NCBI GenBank assembly: GCA_951406725.2
Contig: OX597827.1
Coordinates: forward strand, 31,186,001 to 31,250,000
Length of the DNA: 64,000 nucleotides
Reading direction: 5' to 3'
Source of the DNA: Octopus vulgaris
Taxonomy: Eukaryota
Shown: positions 38,671-51,830 of the stretch, piece by piece
Position numbering within the stretch: position 1 is the stretch's first letter
How the letters are laid out: the number at the start of each line of letters is the position of its first letter
Translations under genes and position numbers: made by a program
Notes under the pieces: model-generated
What the model was told of the DNA's origin: nothing
The model's database searches: none
Seen by the model: only the letters and a program-made list of their open reading frames with translations

Positions 38671-39855
38671 AGTCTCATTATTATTATTATTATTAAAAGA
38701 AACAACGTCCTGGGGTCAATTCATTTGCATAAAACCTTTCAAGGGGGTGCTCAGGCATGGCCACAATTGAATGACTGAAACAGGTAAAACGAGGTAAGGT
38801 TTTCTGCACAGTTTCCGTTATTCAAAAACCTTTCATGAGGCATTGTTCAACCCAGGACTACAGTAGAGGACAAATGCCATGGGTGTCACACAATGGTATT
38901 GAACCAAAAGCAACATGATTGCATAACAGGTTTGTCTACCTTACAGCCATCCCAGTGCCTGTAGCTACATAAACATGGTAAAATCAATATACAGTGCTAC
39001 ATTTCTAGGATGTTTTAAATAGAAATATGGATTCAAATGTGTAAACATGCAAGAATAAAGGCGGAAAAATTTTAAACAGGAATATGAAAGGTTTTATAAA
39101 AGGGGGGGGGGGAGAAAGTGAGAGAGAGAGAGAGAGAGCGGAGAGAGAGAATGTGAAAGAGAGTGAGAGTGAAAGGGGGGAGTATATAAAATACAACCAG
39201 TAAACATATGGTGGTGGTGGTGGTGGTGGCATGTATGTGTGTATAGATATATATACATATGTATTTAGGCATACTTACATATACATATACATATATATAT
39301 ATTACATATGTGTATATCTGTAAGTATATATACTTGCATTTATACATATGTATATGCATATACACATGTGTATATATGTGTGTATATAAAAATATATATA
39401 TACACACATACACACACATACATGTAACTATATATGTATATATACACACACGCACACATATGTAGATAGATAGATTGATAAACACCTACTCCCAATTAAA
39501 AATACACAGACACATAGAACCACTCTCAGACACATCTTTACAGTCTGTCAGGTGAGATGCTTAGAAACAAACAAGTGTTTCTTGTGTTTTTTTTCAACTC
39601 AAGATGAACCCCCTTCTCACCCCACCCCGGTCCCTGTCCATACAGCTGTAAGGAAACAAAAGATTTTTTTTGTCCTCTCAGAAAAACAGTTATAATGCTG
39701 CTGAAAGCAGAAACATGCTTTACTATTTACATTGAATTTTCATGAAATAAGAAGAATTTCCACAATGAATACCATGAATACCATTCATTCAATGTTCCAC
39801 TGATATGGGTTTATATGCTGTGTGAGAGAAGCAGCTGGAAGGCTTTCTAACATAC

Positions 39856-39928
39856 AGACCAGACCAGACCCGACCAGACCAGACCAGACCAGACCAGACC
39901 CGACCAGACCAAACCAGATCAGACCAGA
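39856..39928. repeat. (CAGAC)n pentanucleotide repeat
   Basis: Read directly from the sequence. Confidence 0.95.
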
Positions 39929-40153
39929 GGCCAAACTACTATGTTGAAGTATTTTAACAGCTCTGGTTTTGTGAGCCACACAAAGGTCCAGTTTAGGCAA
40001 GCTCCTCATTAGAGTATATTGGCATTGCATTGTAGTTTAGCCCTTGGTCAGCCATGTTCTGTCAGAGGTATTCAAGCCAAGCGTATTTCATATATAGAGA
40101 AAAACAACTTGTTTTAAATCCCTGAGTGAGGGATCTACAGTAATAGTACCAGG

Positions 40154-40378
40154 ATAGTAATGTTTATACACCAACATAATGTGGGACTGTCCTATACTGT
40201 TACTGTTGTTGTAGCCCCAGAAAAACATCTTTTCCAGCTGGCTATCGATACACAGTTTGTGTCCCTTGTGAATGCTATATGGCAGCCAGCTGGAAAAGAT
40301 GTTTTCCTGGGGCTACAACAACAATTACATAGTCCTTTACAGGACTGCCACGTTCTGTTGGCATATAAACATTACTAT
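40154..40378. repeat. Inverted repeat with ~90-bp arms; homologous to 11792-11905
   Basis: atagtaatgtttata..ccaaca...gtagccccag.aaaacatcttttccagctggct and its reverse complement. Confidence 0.8.
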
Positions 40379-40714
40379 ATATATATATTTGGAATTCAGA
40401 TTCATTTCAAGTTCAAATTTCAAGTCCCTTCCTGAGTTACATAGACCCATAAGGGCTGGTTTCCCAGTTTCCATGGTCTGTATATTCCCCTCCTGGATGG
40501 GATGCCAATCCATTTTAAGATTACTCACTTTTGTCAGCTAAGTGGACTGGAGCAATGTGAAGTGGAGTGTTTTGCTCAAGAACACAACACATTGACCGCT
40601 CCAGGAATTGAAACCACAATCTTATGATTATGAATCTGACACCCTAACCACAAAGCATTGCACCTCCATGATTCAGGTTTAGAACAGCATTGTCAAGTTT
40701 GTCTTTTCTTTTTT

Positions 40715-42213
40715 TTAGCCCTTTTGTTACCATATTTCTGTTCAAATACACTTTGTTTTAATTAACCCTTAGGTATTTAAACATCTGGTCCAAATATCCT
40801 ACCTACTTTATGTACAACCTAGCTGGATCTGGCTTTTCACACATACCCTACAATGTCATTCTAAAAATAAGCAATCACATCATCAGCATTTAGAAGCAAT
40901 GAGATAAGCCGGGATTAATTCAAAACAATGTTAGTCAATAAGCATTACATGATCTGAATGCCAAAGGGTTAATTTTGAAAATAACGAAGCCTATCACAGA
41001 ATAACTTTGTCATTCATTAACCTGGTGTTTAGAGCATAAATTAACATGACATTTTGATGGAAGGTTTTAATCCAGGCTACTTTAACCCTTTTGTTAATCA
41101 TTGTTGAAATGCACTGTTTTCTTTTAACTAATTTCGAAAATAGTGAGAAATTTTGTAAAATAATTTTGTCATTAATTAATCGAGTGTTTGGAACATAAAT
41201 CAGCCTGAAAGTTTGACAGAAATCGTATTAAAGCAAGAAGTTTGTATCATAGAATCAAGGGCTGTCTCAGATGGTTTGGGATCAAAAGGGTTAATGGCAT
41301 TCAACATATGCCTCTCGAACATTTATGTTAATCCTTCTATTACCATAATTCCATTGAAGTACATAGCTTTTGTTTCAAATATTTTGAAAACAATGTAGAA
41401 TTTAGTAGAATAACTTTGTCGTTGTTAAGTTGGTGTTTGAAGCATAAACTAACACAAACTTTTTTTCTTTTTTCTAAATTTAGATAAATTTAAAACAGGA
41501 AGTTTGTGTCACAGAACCAGGGACAGTTTGTATCAAAAGAGTTAAGACAGTAAGGGAAGATCTGAAGGAAATTTTGTCTATTTCTAACAGGTTGGCTGGT
41601 TAAACATTGATTAGTTTTCATCTGAGTAAATGTTATGCATACTGAGTTATATATGCTGCCATAACACCAAACCATTTTGGTAGCAAACTGTCAGAGACTA
41701 TTCTAAATTCTGGAACAAAACTATTAGTTTTAACCCTTATGTTACTGTATATATTTTGAGATGCTCTGTGTTTGTTTGAATTAATTTAAATATAACAAAT
41801 AATTTAGTAAAATAACTTAGTTATCATTAAGCTAGTGTTAGGAACATAAATTGTGACTAAGGTTTGGTGGAATATTTTAATTCAAAACTTATGAAAACAA
41901 GACATTTGTACTCAGACCCAAAGTGAATTTCAGCCAGGTTGGTATCTAAAGGGTAAAGAATTATTTCTCTATTATATATTTTAACCCTTTCGTTACTGTA
42001 TTTATTTTGAGATGCTCTGTGTTTCTTTCAATTACTTTAAATAAATATAAGAAAGAATTTATGGAAATAACTTAGTTATCATTCAGCTAGTGTTAGGAAC
42101 ATAAATTGTGACTAAGGTTTGGTTGAAGATTTTTACTTCAAAACTTATGAAAACAAGACATTTGTACTTAGAGCCAGGGCTGGTTTCAGCTAGTATGGTA
42201 ATGAAAGGGCTAA
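40715..42213. mobile_element. Cluster of ~5-6 nested or tandem piggyBac-type MITEs
   Basis: Units bounded by TTAA-CCCTT...AAGGG-TTAA, e.g. 40762-40972, 41082-41294, 41730-41957, 41980-42213. Confidence 0.7.
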
Positions 42214-42689
42214 AGTGTTTTTATTTAAATTTTACCTTTCTGTCTTGATTTTATGTTAGAACCTTTTATTAAATTATTTCCATCTAGGCATCTCATCTCC
42301 TTTATTTATCTCTTGAAGCTCCTACTGTTCATTTTTCTCTTTCATTCCCCTTCCTGCACTAGATTTGATCAGCCATGCAGATACTCTACAAGGTCCTACA
42401 CTGCCCCACCCCTAACTTCTCACAAGTTCAATCCCTTGTTCCCAAGCATAAAGCTGATGCTTCCATCCCCCACCCCTCAAGGGTTTGTAATTCTGCAAAC
42501 TGTATGGTGACCTCAGTGGTGCAGGTGACATGAAAAAAACACTCAGAGTATGCTGCAAAATGGTTGGCATTAGGAAGGGCACCCAACCGCAAAAACCATG
42601 CCAAAACAGACATTAGACCATGATGCAGTCCTTGAACACAGCGAGTCCTGTCAAACTGTCCAATCCATGCTACCACCACCACCATCACC

Positions 42690-45600
42690 ATCATTGCTTA
42701 ACATCTGTTTTCCATGCTGGCATCAACCACGTTCGGATGGTGCTTTTTACATGCCACCAACATGAGGAACTAGTCAAGTGGCACTGACTTTGATTCATGC
42801 ATAAATGGTGCTTATTGCATGCCACCAGCAAGGGAGCCAGTCTGGCGGTACTGGTATCAGTCACAACTACAATTTCCCTTTTGATTTTCATTTTACTTGA
42901 CTCAATAGGTTTCCTCAAGTACAGCGTGTCACCTGACGATTCAAAGGTACTTTTTAAAATGGGCTGGTTATGTGACACTGGTACAGGCTACAGCTGTGAT
43001 CACGCTTCTCAATCACAACATATCTCCAGAGGTCTCGGTCTCCTGTCATTGCATCTGTGAGGCCCAACATTTGAAGGTCATGCTTCACCATCTCATCCCA
43101 TGTATTCCTAGGTCACCCTCTTCCACGGGTTCCTTCTACTGTCAGGGGGTGACACTTCTTCATACAGCTCTCCTCATCCATACACAGCACACGACCATAC
43201 CACCGCAGTCATATCTCTTGTACACTACATCTAATGCTTCTTATGTCCAACATTTCTTTCAGGGCACTTACACTCTGTCATGTGTGCACACTGACATTAC
43301 ACATCCAGCGGATCATACTAGCTTCATTTCTTTCACGTCTACGCATGTCTTCAGCAGTCACGGCCCATGTTTCACTGCCGTGTAGCATGGCAGTTCGCAT
43401 ACATGCATCATAAAGTCTACCTTTCACTATGAGCGAGAGGCCCTTTATCTCAAGTAGAGGTAGGAGCTTTCTGAACTTAGCCCAGGCTATTCTTATTCTA
43501 GTGGCAATGCTCTCCGAGCATCCACCCCCCGCTACAGAGTTGGTCACCTACGTACCGGAAGCTATCAACTACTTCTAGTTTCTCCCCCTGGCATGTGATG
43601 GAATCTGTTTTCTGGACATCTTCGATGTTTACTGCTCCTGTGCATCTGTCGCACACAAAATTTGTCATACTTGTTAGCCTTCCTTTGATGTTGCTGCACC
43701 TTTTATGCATCCATAGCTTACACTGAGCACATCTTATGGAGCTTCTACCTACACCTTTTCTACAGATCGAGCAGGGTCATCTACCTGAAAGGGTTTGTGA
43801 TTTATTCGCCTTCCTACCTACTAGGGCTTTAATTCTAAACCTTGCTTCCACATCTGAAATTTCTTCTCTAGATGTGGTAGTGATTCAGCTATGAGAAGAA
43901 GGTCATCAGCATGGAGGAGCTCCCAGGGGCAGTCTGTCTTGAACTTCTCTGTTATTGCCTGGAGGACTATGATGAATAAGAGGGGGCTGAGGACTGATCC
44001 TTGGTGAACACCTACTTCTAACTGGAATTCTTCACTATGCTCATTGCTGATCCTTACCTTACTGACAGCATCATTGTACAGGGGCTGTACAGCTCTTACT
44101 AACCACTCATCTATCCTTAGTTTCTCCATTGCCCACTAGATAAGGGATCGGAGGGATCCTGTCAAAGGCTTTCCCCAAGTCAACAAAAGCCAAGTATAGG
44201 GGTTTATCTTTGGCTAAGTATTTCTCCTGCAGAAATATAGCATCATTGGTGTTTCTACTTGGCACAAAGCCGAACTGCATCTCATCTAGGCTGACTCCCT
44301 AATTAGTTGGGTTATGACCCTCTCCATGACCTTTATCACCTGATCCAGCAATTTACTACTCCTGTAGCTATTTCTATCTAAAGCATCACCTTTACCTTTG
44401 TAGCAGCTGACTATGGTGCTACTACGCCAGTCATTGGGTATGACTCCTTCGTGAACCACCTGGTTTACAATATGGGTGACTAGACCATAACCCACACCAC
44501 CAGATATTTTAAACATCTCAGCAGTGATTCCTGATGGGGCTGGGGGCTTTTCCTGACTTCATATCCTTAATTGTTTTATCTACAGGGTGCTGTTGATTCA
44601 GGTAGCTGGTCCCTCAACTAGGTCAACATTTGGCAGGCTCTCCTGCTCCCATTCATTCTCCACATTCAGCAGCCTTTCATAATGGCATCTCCAAGCCTCT
44701 TTCATTACTGAATCATTAAAAGCAAGAGTACCATCATCCATGCGGACACATTTCTCTACTGTAACATCACAATTTTCTCTCACACACTGTCTTGCAATCT
44801 GAAACACTTCAGTTCTTTGGTCCTCGAGTTGCTGAACATTGGCAAACTTCTTCTTTTCTGCTTCTCCCTTGGCTATATATATCTGTCTCCCAGCCTCCTT
44901 TCTTGTTATCTGGTACAGTTCATTGCTACCCCCACCTTTCCAGGTTTTCCAGGCCTGTTTATTTGCTCTAATGGTCCTGTCTACTGTATTATTCTACCAC
45001 CATGTTACCCTAGGTTTGGAAGGGACTTTGCACCAGCCACAGATTTGGTTTGTGGTGCTCAATAAGCTCTCACATAGGAATTTCCAGTTACCCTCTATGT
45101 CCAAATTCTATAGATCTTCCTCTTTCTCATAAAATTTCTCAATGAGGATGTCCCTAAATCTCTGACCATGTGAAGGGTTCTTAAGCTTCCAAATTCTTCT
45201 TTTCTGGATTGGTCTGCTTCTTGGCATCCTTCTAGCTTCAAGTCTAAAGTCACTAATGACTAGTCTATGCTGGGGAGTACATTCTTCACCTGGGAGGGTC
45301 TTTGTATTTAAGAGCAACCAAGCATCCTGCTGTCTGGTGAGGATGAAATCAATCTGGCCAGCAGAGTCACCTGTTTGATAGATTATCAGGTGGCTTGCTG
45401 GATTCCTGAAGTTGGTGTTGCAGATTAATAGGTTGCTTGCATCACAGAACTCCAGTATCCTTGTGGGGTGTAGGCAGAGATAATTGTAACTATAATATTC
45501 TGAAAGACTTGCTGAGCTTAAGCACTCTCTCACACACCCTGACTACCTCTATGACCTTATCCACCCATTTCTTTGCAAGGAGTATGCCTACACCACCTAC

Positions 45601-45960
45601 TCTGTCACTGTTACCTTCCCAGAAGATTTTATACCGATGTGCCTTGCCTATGAGGACCCTGGCTGAAGCTCCGCTCTACCTTACCTCTTGTATGCAGTAT
45701 ACATCAACCCATCTCCATTCAAGCATCTCTATAATCTCACTCGACCTACCTTTCAACGTGCCTACATTGACAGTGCTGACTCTGAAAATTGGGAAAGGAA
45801 TGTGGGAGGAGGCACAGGAAGGGGAGATGTTATTCAGCGCCTGAAAAGAAGGTCTCTGTGTTCGTTTGATAGACATGCTACACCTGTTCTCACTTTTGAA
45901 CTGTCATCATTGAAACATTCAAGATTGTTGCCCCTACCAGGAGTAGGAGTAAAGGAGTAA
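42690..45960 (-). mobile_element. RTE LINE copy 3, older, reaching the endonuclease N-terminus
   Basis: RVSTVNVGTLKGR..CIQEVR, QIDFIL, GVHQGSVLSPLLF, HADD and the PHD finger. Many frameshifts and deletions. Confidence 0.93.
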
Positions 45961-47017
45961 GTAACATGGACATTAAATGATGATGATGATGATAATCATG
46001 ATGAAGATGCTGATGAAGTTAGAAATAAAAAAACTTAATAATGGAAATATTGGGTATTTTATTAAAAACCTCCTGAATGATTGATTATTGAAAAAAAATT
46101 AAAAGAAACATGGATGCTGTTGGCGTTAGGAAGAGCATCCAGCTGTAGGAAGCATGCCAAGTCAGACTAGAACCTGGTGCAGCTCTCCAGTTTACCAGTT
46201 CCAGTCAAACCATCTAACCCATGCCAGCATGAAGAGTGGATGTTAAACGATAATGATGAAGAATAAAGAATGGATGGTGTGATTACATATGGCATTGATG
46301 GGGGTTATCTCAGAAATGGCTCAGTTGACATGATTGGAAAATGGAAGGAAGGGCTTCTACAGAATAGGATCAACAGTGTTTGCATGCAAGAAGAGCTGGA
46401 TTTCACTGGAATTCAATAGCCCTGATCATCCAACCATGGATACAAGGGATCATGAACAGTCTTGGGTGAATTAATTGTCTTGATTGTTTGACAATGTCAG
46501 GACTGATTAAGTAGTCAATAAGAAGATAATGAAAATAATGAGAACAAAGAGCTCAAGTTATTATTGAGAGTGTGGCTGGATGGGTGGAGATTATAGAACT
46601 CATAGGTCACCAATTTATATTAACTCTGTAGCATGCCACTGTTCATTCCTTTGTTTATTTTTATGTATGTTTTTCCATGCTAGCATCGGTTAGAGGAATA
46701 CATTTTTGAGGCATTGTTTTACGGCTGTTGTTGGTGGTGATAGTGGTGATGATATTGATAATGAAACTCAAGTATTTTGCTTAATTGAACAAGCATAGGA
46801 TACAAAATCACCTGAGATTGCTTTTACTAACCTGAGAGAAAGACTGAAGAGGTTCACCTCACACCTGTTTAATGTCATCTGACAAGAGCAACATGCTGGT
46901 CCTTAAAAGTCTCCACGAATATATTAAAAGAGATGCTGGGGCAATCTAAAAGCCCTGAAAATTGGAATAAAGAAAGTTTAAACAGAAAATATAATAATTG
47001 AAGGAAGTCAGACCAAC

Positions 47018-47125
47018 CTCTGCGAGCGCTTTATTGTTCTTCTTGAGGCTATAGAGGGTTTTGAATTCACTTGGTTCCTCATATAGTGTTTTTGGTACTG
47101 GCTTTGCTTTTCCTAATTTTGGTAT
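47018..47125 (-). CDS. CFAP99: CFAP99-like coding exon (1st seen): IPKLGKAKPVPKTLYEEPSEFKTLYSLKKNNKALAE
   Basis: ttttgtag acceptor, GAG|gttggt donor, 108 nt = 36 codons, phase 0/0. Matches the recalled K.PVP..Y..P.E....N...AE pattern. Not in the ORF track. Confidence 0.8.
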
Positions 47126-47732
47126 CTACAAAATACAAAAATAAGGGCTAGTATGAAACGGGGATATAACAAAGGGTTAGTAAATAAAGTTGGAAAACGG
47201 AAGGGTGAAAAAGAAAAGTGTTAGATGTTATTGCTTTTTTCTTTTTTCAAGAAAGCTCTGATTGAGAAGATATAAGATAAAAGGCATTCCAGCCATGACC
47301 ACTCCATCCTTTTCTTCAAGTTTATTGTACTGTTGAATGACAATATATGTTGTTTTTTTAAGGTTATGGCATGATGGAGATTTGGCTGTTATTTCTAACA
47401 GGTTGAATAATCATGTAGAACAATTTTTCTCCATCGTGGCTCTCAGAGCCTCATGAGGCCTTCAAGCATCCTTCAAGTGGCCCTTGACAGTCTCCCTTCT
47501 ATAATTCACTGGTGCTTTACATTTTTTAGTGTGGTCCCCTACAAAAATTAAGATTTGGGATCTGGCCCAGATATTAAAATGGCAGAGAACCACCGATGTA
47601 GAAGCTCCCTCTTGAAGAGAAGAAAAAATATGGACATATATATATGTGTATGTGTGTGTGAAGTGGTGATGGAGGACACAAATATACACACAGAGACTAC
47701 ACAAACCTCTTCCCCCATATATATATATATAT

Positions 47733-47904
47733 GCATATACCGGAGTGAACACATAAATGTGAAACAAGGTGGAAAAAAAAGTACTCAAATACCAGTGGTA
47801 GAATAATATGCTTTATTTAAATGCAGCAGAAAATTCAACAAAACCTGTTATGTGAAACTCAGAGTAACAGGTTTTGTTGAATTTTCTGCTGCTTTTAAAT
47901 AAAG
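47733..47904. repeat. Short asymmetric palindrome with a hammerhead 3' half
   Basis: 47811-47850 pairs with about 47864-47904; the centre reads GAAACTCAGAGTA. Confidence 0.7.
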
Positions 47905-47944
47905 TATATATACATATATATATATGTATGTATATGTATGTGTG

Positions 47945-47977
<33 letters not shown>

Positions 47978-47981
<4 letters not shown>

Positions 47982-49878
47982 AGAGTATACGCAAAAAACA
48001 AAAGACGAAGACAGGTGGTGTCTTAGTATAACGCTCAGGAATAGAAAAGTCTTTTACGTTTCGAGCCTACGCTCTTCTATAGAAAGGGACACAGAAAAAA
48101 CCAAGGAGAGAAAAAAATGTGTGTAGTGGCTAACGATCTATCATGGCGACTAGTGCCGGACAGAAGGGTCAAACACAGAAAGGAAAGTAGGGGAGATAAC
48201 AAGGTAAAGATGACTCCCAACACAAAGGTGCATGTGTGTATAAGAGAGTATGTATGTGCGTGTGAAAGAGGGCTGGTGGTCTGGACGTGTGCGTGTATGT
48301 GTAGGTGTGAAGATGTGGGGATGGGTGTGTGGGTGGTGTGTTGTGATGTGATGTGTAATGTTGTATGGTGTAGTGTGGTGTGATGTTGTTGGGAGGTGGG
48401 GGAGGCGAGAGTGGGGAAAGCACGGGTGGAGTGTGGGTTCGGCTGGGGGTTGGGGTAGAGTTGGGGTTTGTGGGTAGGCAGAGGGTGGGGGGTAGAGGTG
48501 GAGTATGTGAGGGAGGGGTGTGGGATAGGATGGGGGATTGGAAGGATAGGGAAGGTGGAGTAGGGATGTGTAGGGGTGGGTGGGTTTATGGGGGGTAAAG
48601 GAAGGTGGGTATGTGAAGAGAGAGGAGGAGAGATGAGAGAAAGAGAGAAGAGAGAAAGAGAGGGTGAAAGAGTAGGAGAGAAGAAGGGAGGAGAGAAGAA
48701 GGGAGGAGAGAAGAGAGAAAGAGAATAAGAGAGTAAGAGAGAAGGAGGGGAGAGAAAGAGAGAAAGAGAGTAGGAGAGAAGAGAGAAAGAGAGTAAAAGA
48801 AGAGGGAAAGAGAGTAGGGGGTGAAGGGAAGTAGCAGTGAAGAGAAGTAGGAGTCGGGGCAAGAGAGGAGAGTTGGGTGGGAGGGAGGAGGGAGGGGAGA
48901 GAGAGGAGAGGAGGAGGGAGAGGGAGGAGGAGAGTGAGGGAGCAGAGAGAAAGAGAGAAGAGAGAAAGAGAATAAGGGAGAAAAGGGAAAGAGATTAGGG
49001 ATGAAAAGATGTAGGAGTGAAGAGAAGTAGGAGTCGGGGAGGAGGTTAGATGAAGAGGGGAGGAGAATTGAGCCCAAATTGCGTAAAAGAGCGAAGAGAG
49101 AAGATTAAATCCCTGTTCACAGCGCAAACAGGAGTCCGGATGGCCTCTGTGCAAGGACAATCTGAACACAGACAGGTGTTGCAAGGAGTGACTGGTGGAG
49201 CGGAAATGGTGTGAGACTGGGGTGTCATTGCCAAGCGGTGTCCCGTTTGTCCGATGTACAGGGAATGGCTGAGAGAGCAGGAGATGCAATAGAAGATATT
49301 GCTGGAGGTGCAGGTGAAAGAGTCGATGATGCGATAGGGTCGATGATGGGTGCCGGTGAGGAGGGTGGTGTTGGAGCGGTAAGGGCAAGTGCGGCAGCGT
49401 GGGCAGGAGCAGGGGAACGAGCCAGGTTGGGAGGTGGGGTTGGGGAAGAAGCTGTGGACCAAGAGGTCTCGTAGGTTGTGGGCTCGTTTGAAGGAGGGGA
49501 GGGGTCGGTTAGGGAAGATGTGTGAAGTGGACGGGTTGGACTGGCGATGCCGGAAAGCTCGGTGAATGGTGCGTTGGAGAGGTAGGGTGGTGGGGTGGTA
49601 GGTGAGAGGAAAAGGGAGGTGGGAGACTGCAGGGCGGGTTCGGGGGGAGAGAGCAGATGCACGGTCCATGGAATGTGCTCTGGCAAGGGTGATGTGGATA
49701 GTGGTGAGGGGATATCGACGTAGGATGAAGTGGCGAGCCATGAGTTGGGACTGAGTCTCAAAGTCATGGTCGTCACTACAGAGCCTGCGTAGACGGAGGA
49801 ATTGGGAATAGGGGATGGAAAGCTTGGTGTGTTTGGGGTGGGGGGAGGAGAAGTTTAGGTATGAGTGTGAGTCTATGT
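47978..49878 (-). mobile_element. 5'-truncated Penelope-like element (Neptune-type): RT thumb, Cys linker, GIY-YIG nuclease, CT-rich spacer, pseudo-LTR
   Basis: ORF 49046-49957 contains SYLNFSSPHP..K.SIPYSQFLRLRRLCS, PLTYHP, NLRDLLVHS, CSCPRCRTC and NIFYCISC....YIGQT. Hammerhead-like motif at 48051-48086. Confidence 0.9.
48051..48086 (-). ncRNA. Degenerate minimal hammerhead in the Penelope pseudo-LTR
   Basis: cttt-CTATAGA-a-gagc(gtag)gctc-GAA-ACGT-A-aaag; core differs from CTGANGA. Confidence 0.5.
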
Positions 49879-50043
49879 ATGTATGCTCCAAAAAACTAAA
49901 GAAATGTAAAGATGGAGTGAAAGAACAACAATTAGGGTTAGTCAGTTTAGTGCCCAAGAAAACTGGAAGCTGTCTTTAACGTTTTGAGACTTCACACTTC
50001 AACACGTAAAACCTATATATATATGTGTGTGTGTGTGTGTATA

Positions 50044-50267
50044 CAGTAATCCCTTGACTATCACGGGTGTTATGTTCAAAAACCCCCCCACTGTGGGTGA
50101 AAATCCACAAAGTAGAAACAGTACTGTACCGTATATTTTTTTATTATTTTTATACTTTGCATATATTTATTTTATTATAAATGCAAAACAACACCACAGA
50201 GGGTTCAATATGAGCTTAAATAATAAACTGCAATAGGTGAACTGTGATAGGTCAACTGAGATTACTG
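50044..50267. mobile_element. pogo/Tigger-type MITE
   Basis: TA-CAGTAATC...GATTACTG-TA termini. Confidence 0.6.
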
Positions 50268-50270
50268 TAT

Positions 50271-50630
50271 CATCATCATCATCATTGTCGTTTAATGTCC
50301 GCTTTCCATGCTGGCATGGGTTGGATGATTTGACTGAGGACTGATGAGTCAACCACTCCGAGAGCGTAGTGGGTGCCTTTATGTGCCACCGGCATGAGGG
50401 CCAATGTGGTGGTTCTGGCAACGATCACGCTCAAAAGGTGTTTTTTATGTGCTACCTGCACAGGAGCCAGTCTGGTGGCACTGGCAACAACCATGTTTGA
50501 ATGTTGTTTGTCATGTGCCACCGGCACGTGCTGGTAAGGGGACGCTGGCAATGATCTCACTTGAAAGGTGCTTTTTACGTACCACCGGTATGGGGTACAA
50601 TCCGTGGCCCTGGCAACGATCACACTAGGA
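50271..50630 (-). mobile_element. RTE 3' UTR fragment with array
   Basis: (GAT)n tail and about four array units. Confidence 0.8.
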
Positions 50631-50956
50631 TGTGCTATATAAATATATATACAGGTGAAAGAGATTACTGTATACATGTGTGTGTGTGTGTGTGTGTACT
50701 GTTCTTCAATGGTAAGATCAGCAAAAAGAATACTCCATCTTGGGAGAGACAAATAGTATTTGATAAACACAATATATGTTTTTATGTACTACTAATAGCT
50801 AATAGTTTCATGTGCTTATGATTGTGCTGGGACACTCTATGTGTTATAAACAATGTTTGGCATGTTCTCTGCACATGAAACTAATAGTAACACATGAAAA
50901 CATGTATTGTGTTTATGAAATAACATATATATATACACACACACATCGGTTATAAG

Positions 50957-50982
50957 TATCTATCTATCTATCTATCTACCGG

Positions 50983-51017
<35 letters not shown>

Positions 51018-51135
51018 GTCTATCTATCTACCTGTCTATCTGTCTGTCTATCTATCTATCTATCTATCTATCTACCTGTTTGTCTATCTATCTATCTATC
51101 TAGCTATATATCTATCTATCTATCTACTTCTCTAC

Positions 51136-51183
<48 letters not shown>

Positions 51184-51230
51184 ATATCTATCTATCTATC
51201 TATCAACCTAGCTAGCCATCTATCTATCTC
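50957..51230. repeat. (CTAT)n/(CTGT)n microsatellite
   Basis: Read directly from the sequence. Confidence 0.95.
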
Positions 51231-51289
51231 TATATACATAGTCCATAATGGCTACAAATGTAAGGCAGTGCACATTTACACTGACCACT

Positions 51290-51830
51290 TGTTGGTGCAC
51301 AATGAGACCAGTTCACATTGGTGAGATAACTTTGCAGAGGACAGTAAGACCAATCAATACTGATGAATAACTTTAATAGACAATTAGACCAGTTTGTAAT
51401 AATTAATGACTTGAAAAATGAACAGTTACACTTGTCTAACCAGTCTACCTAACTAACAGTCAGTGTGCATGGGTGAATAATTCAATTATGTGCAATTAGA
51501 CTTGTTACATTAGTCAGTGAGTTGGTGTGCAGTTAGACCAGAGCATATCATTTAGTAAGTTGATGGCATGCAGTTAGACTAGTTTACGCTAGTTAGTAAT
51601 TTGACTGTATACACTTAGACCAGAGTATATTTGTTAGTAACTTGATGGTAGAGTTAAGCCAGTCTGTATTAGTGAATAACTTAGCATTGCTCAGTTAGAC
51701 CAGCCCACACTAGTGTATAACTCAACAGTATAAAGTTAGACCAGTCCACTGTCCACCCTGCTGTAAAACTTTACAATGCAAACTTAGACTAGTCCACCCT
51801 ACTGTATAACTTGATGGTGTGTAAGTTAAG
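51290..51830. repeat. Degenerate ~40-bp minisatellite, about 13 units
   Basis: Periodic cagttagaccag ... taacttga. Confidence 0.75.

Noticed and set aside
46832-46955. Possible extra minus-strand exon with AG/GT-like ends
   Set aside because: Contains stop codons, and the flanking exons already join in phase.
48077-49388. 412-aa and 261-aa ORFs
   Set aside because: Mostly low-complexity S/L/P translation of the CT-rich tract; only the start overlaps the frameshifted GIY-YIG end.
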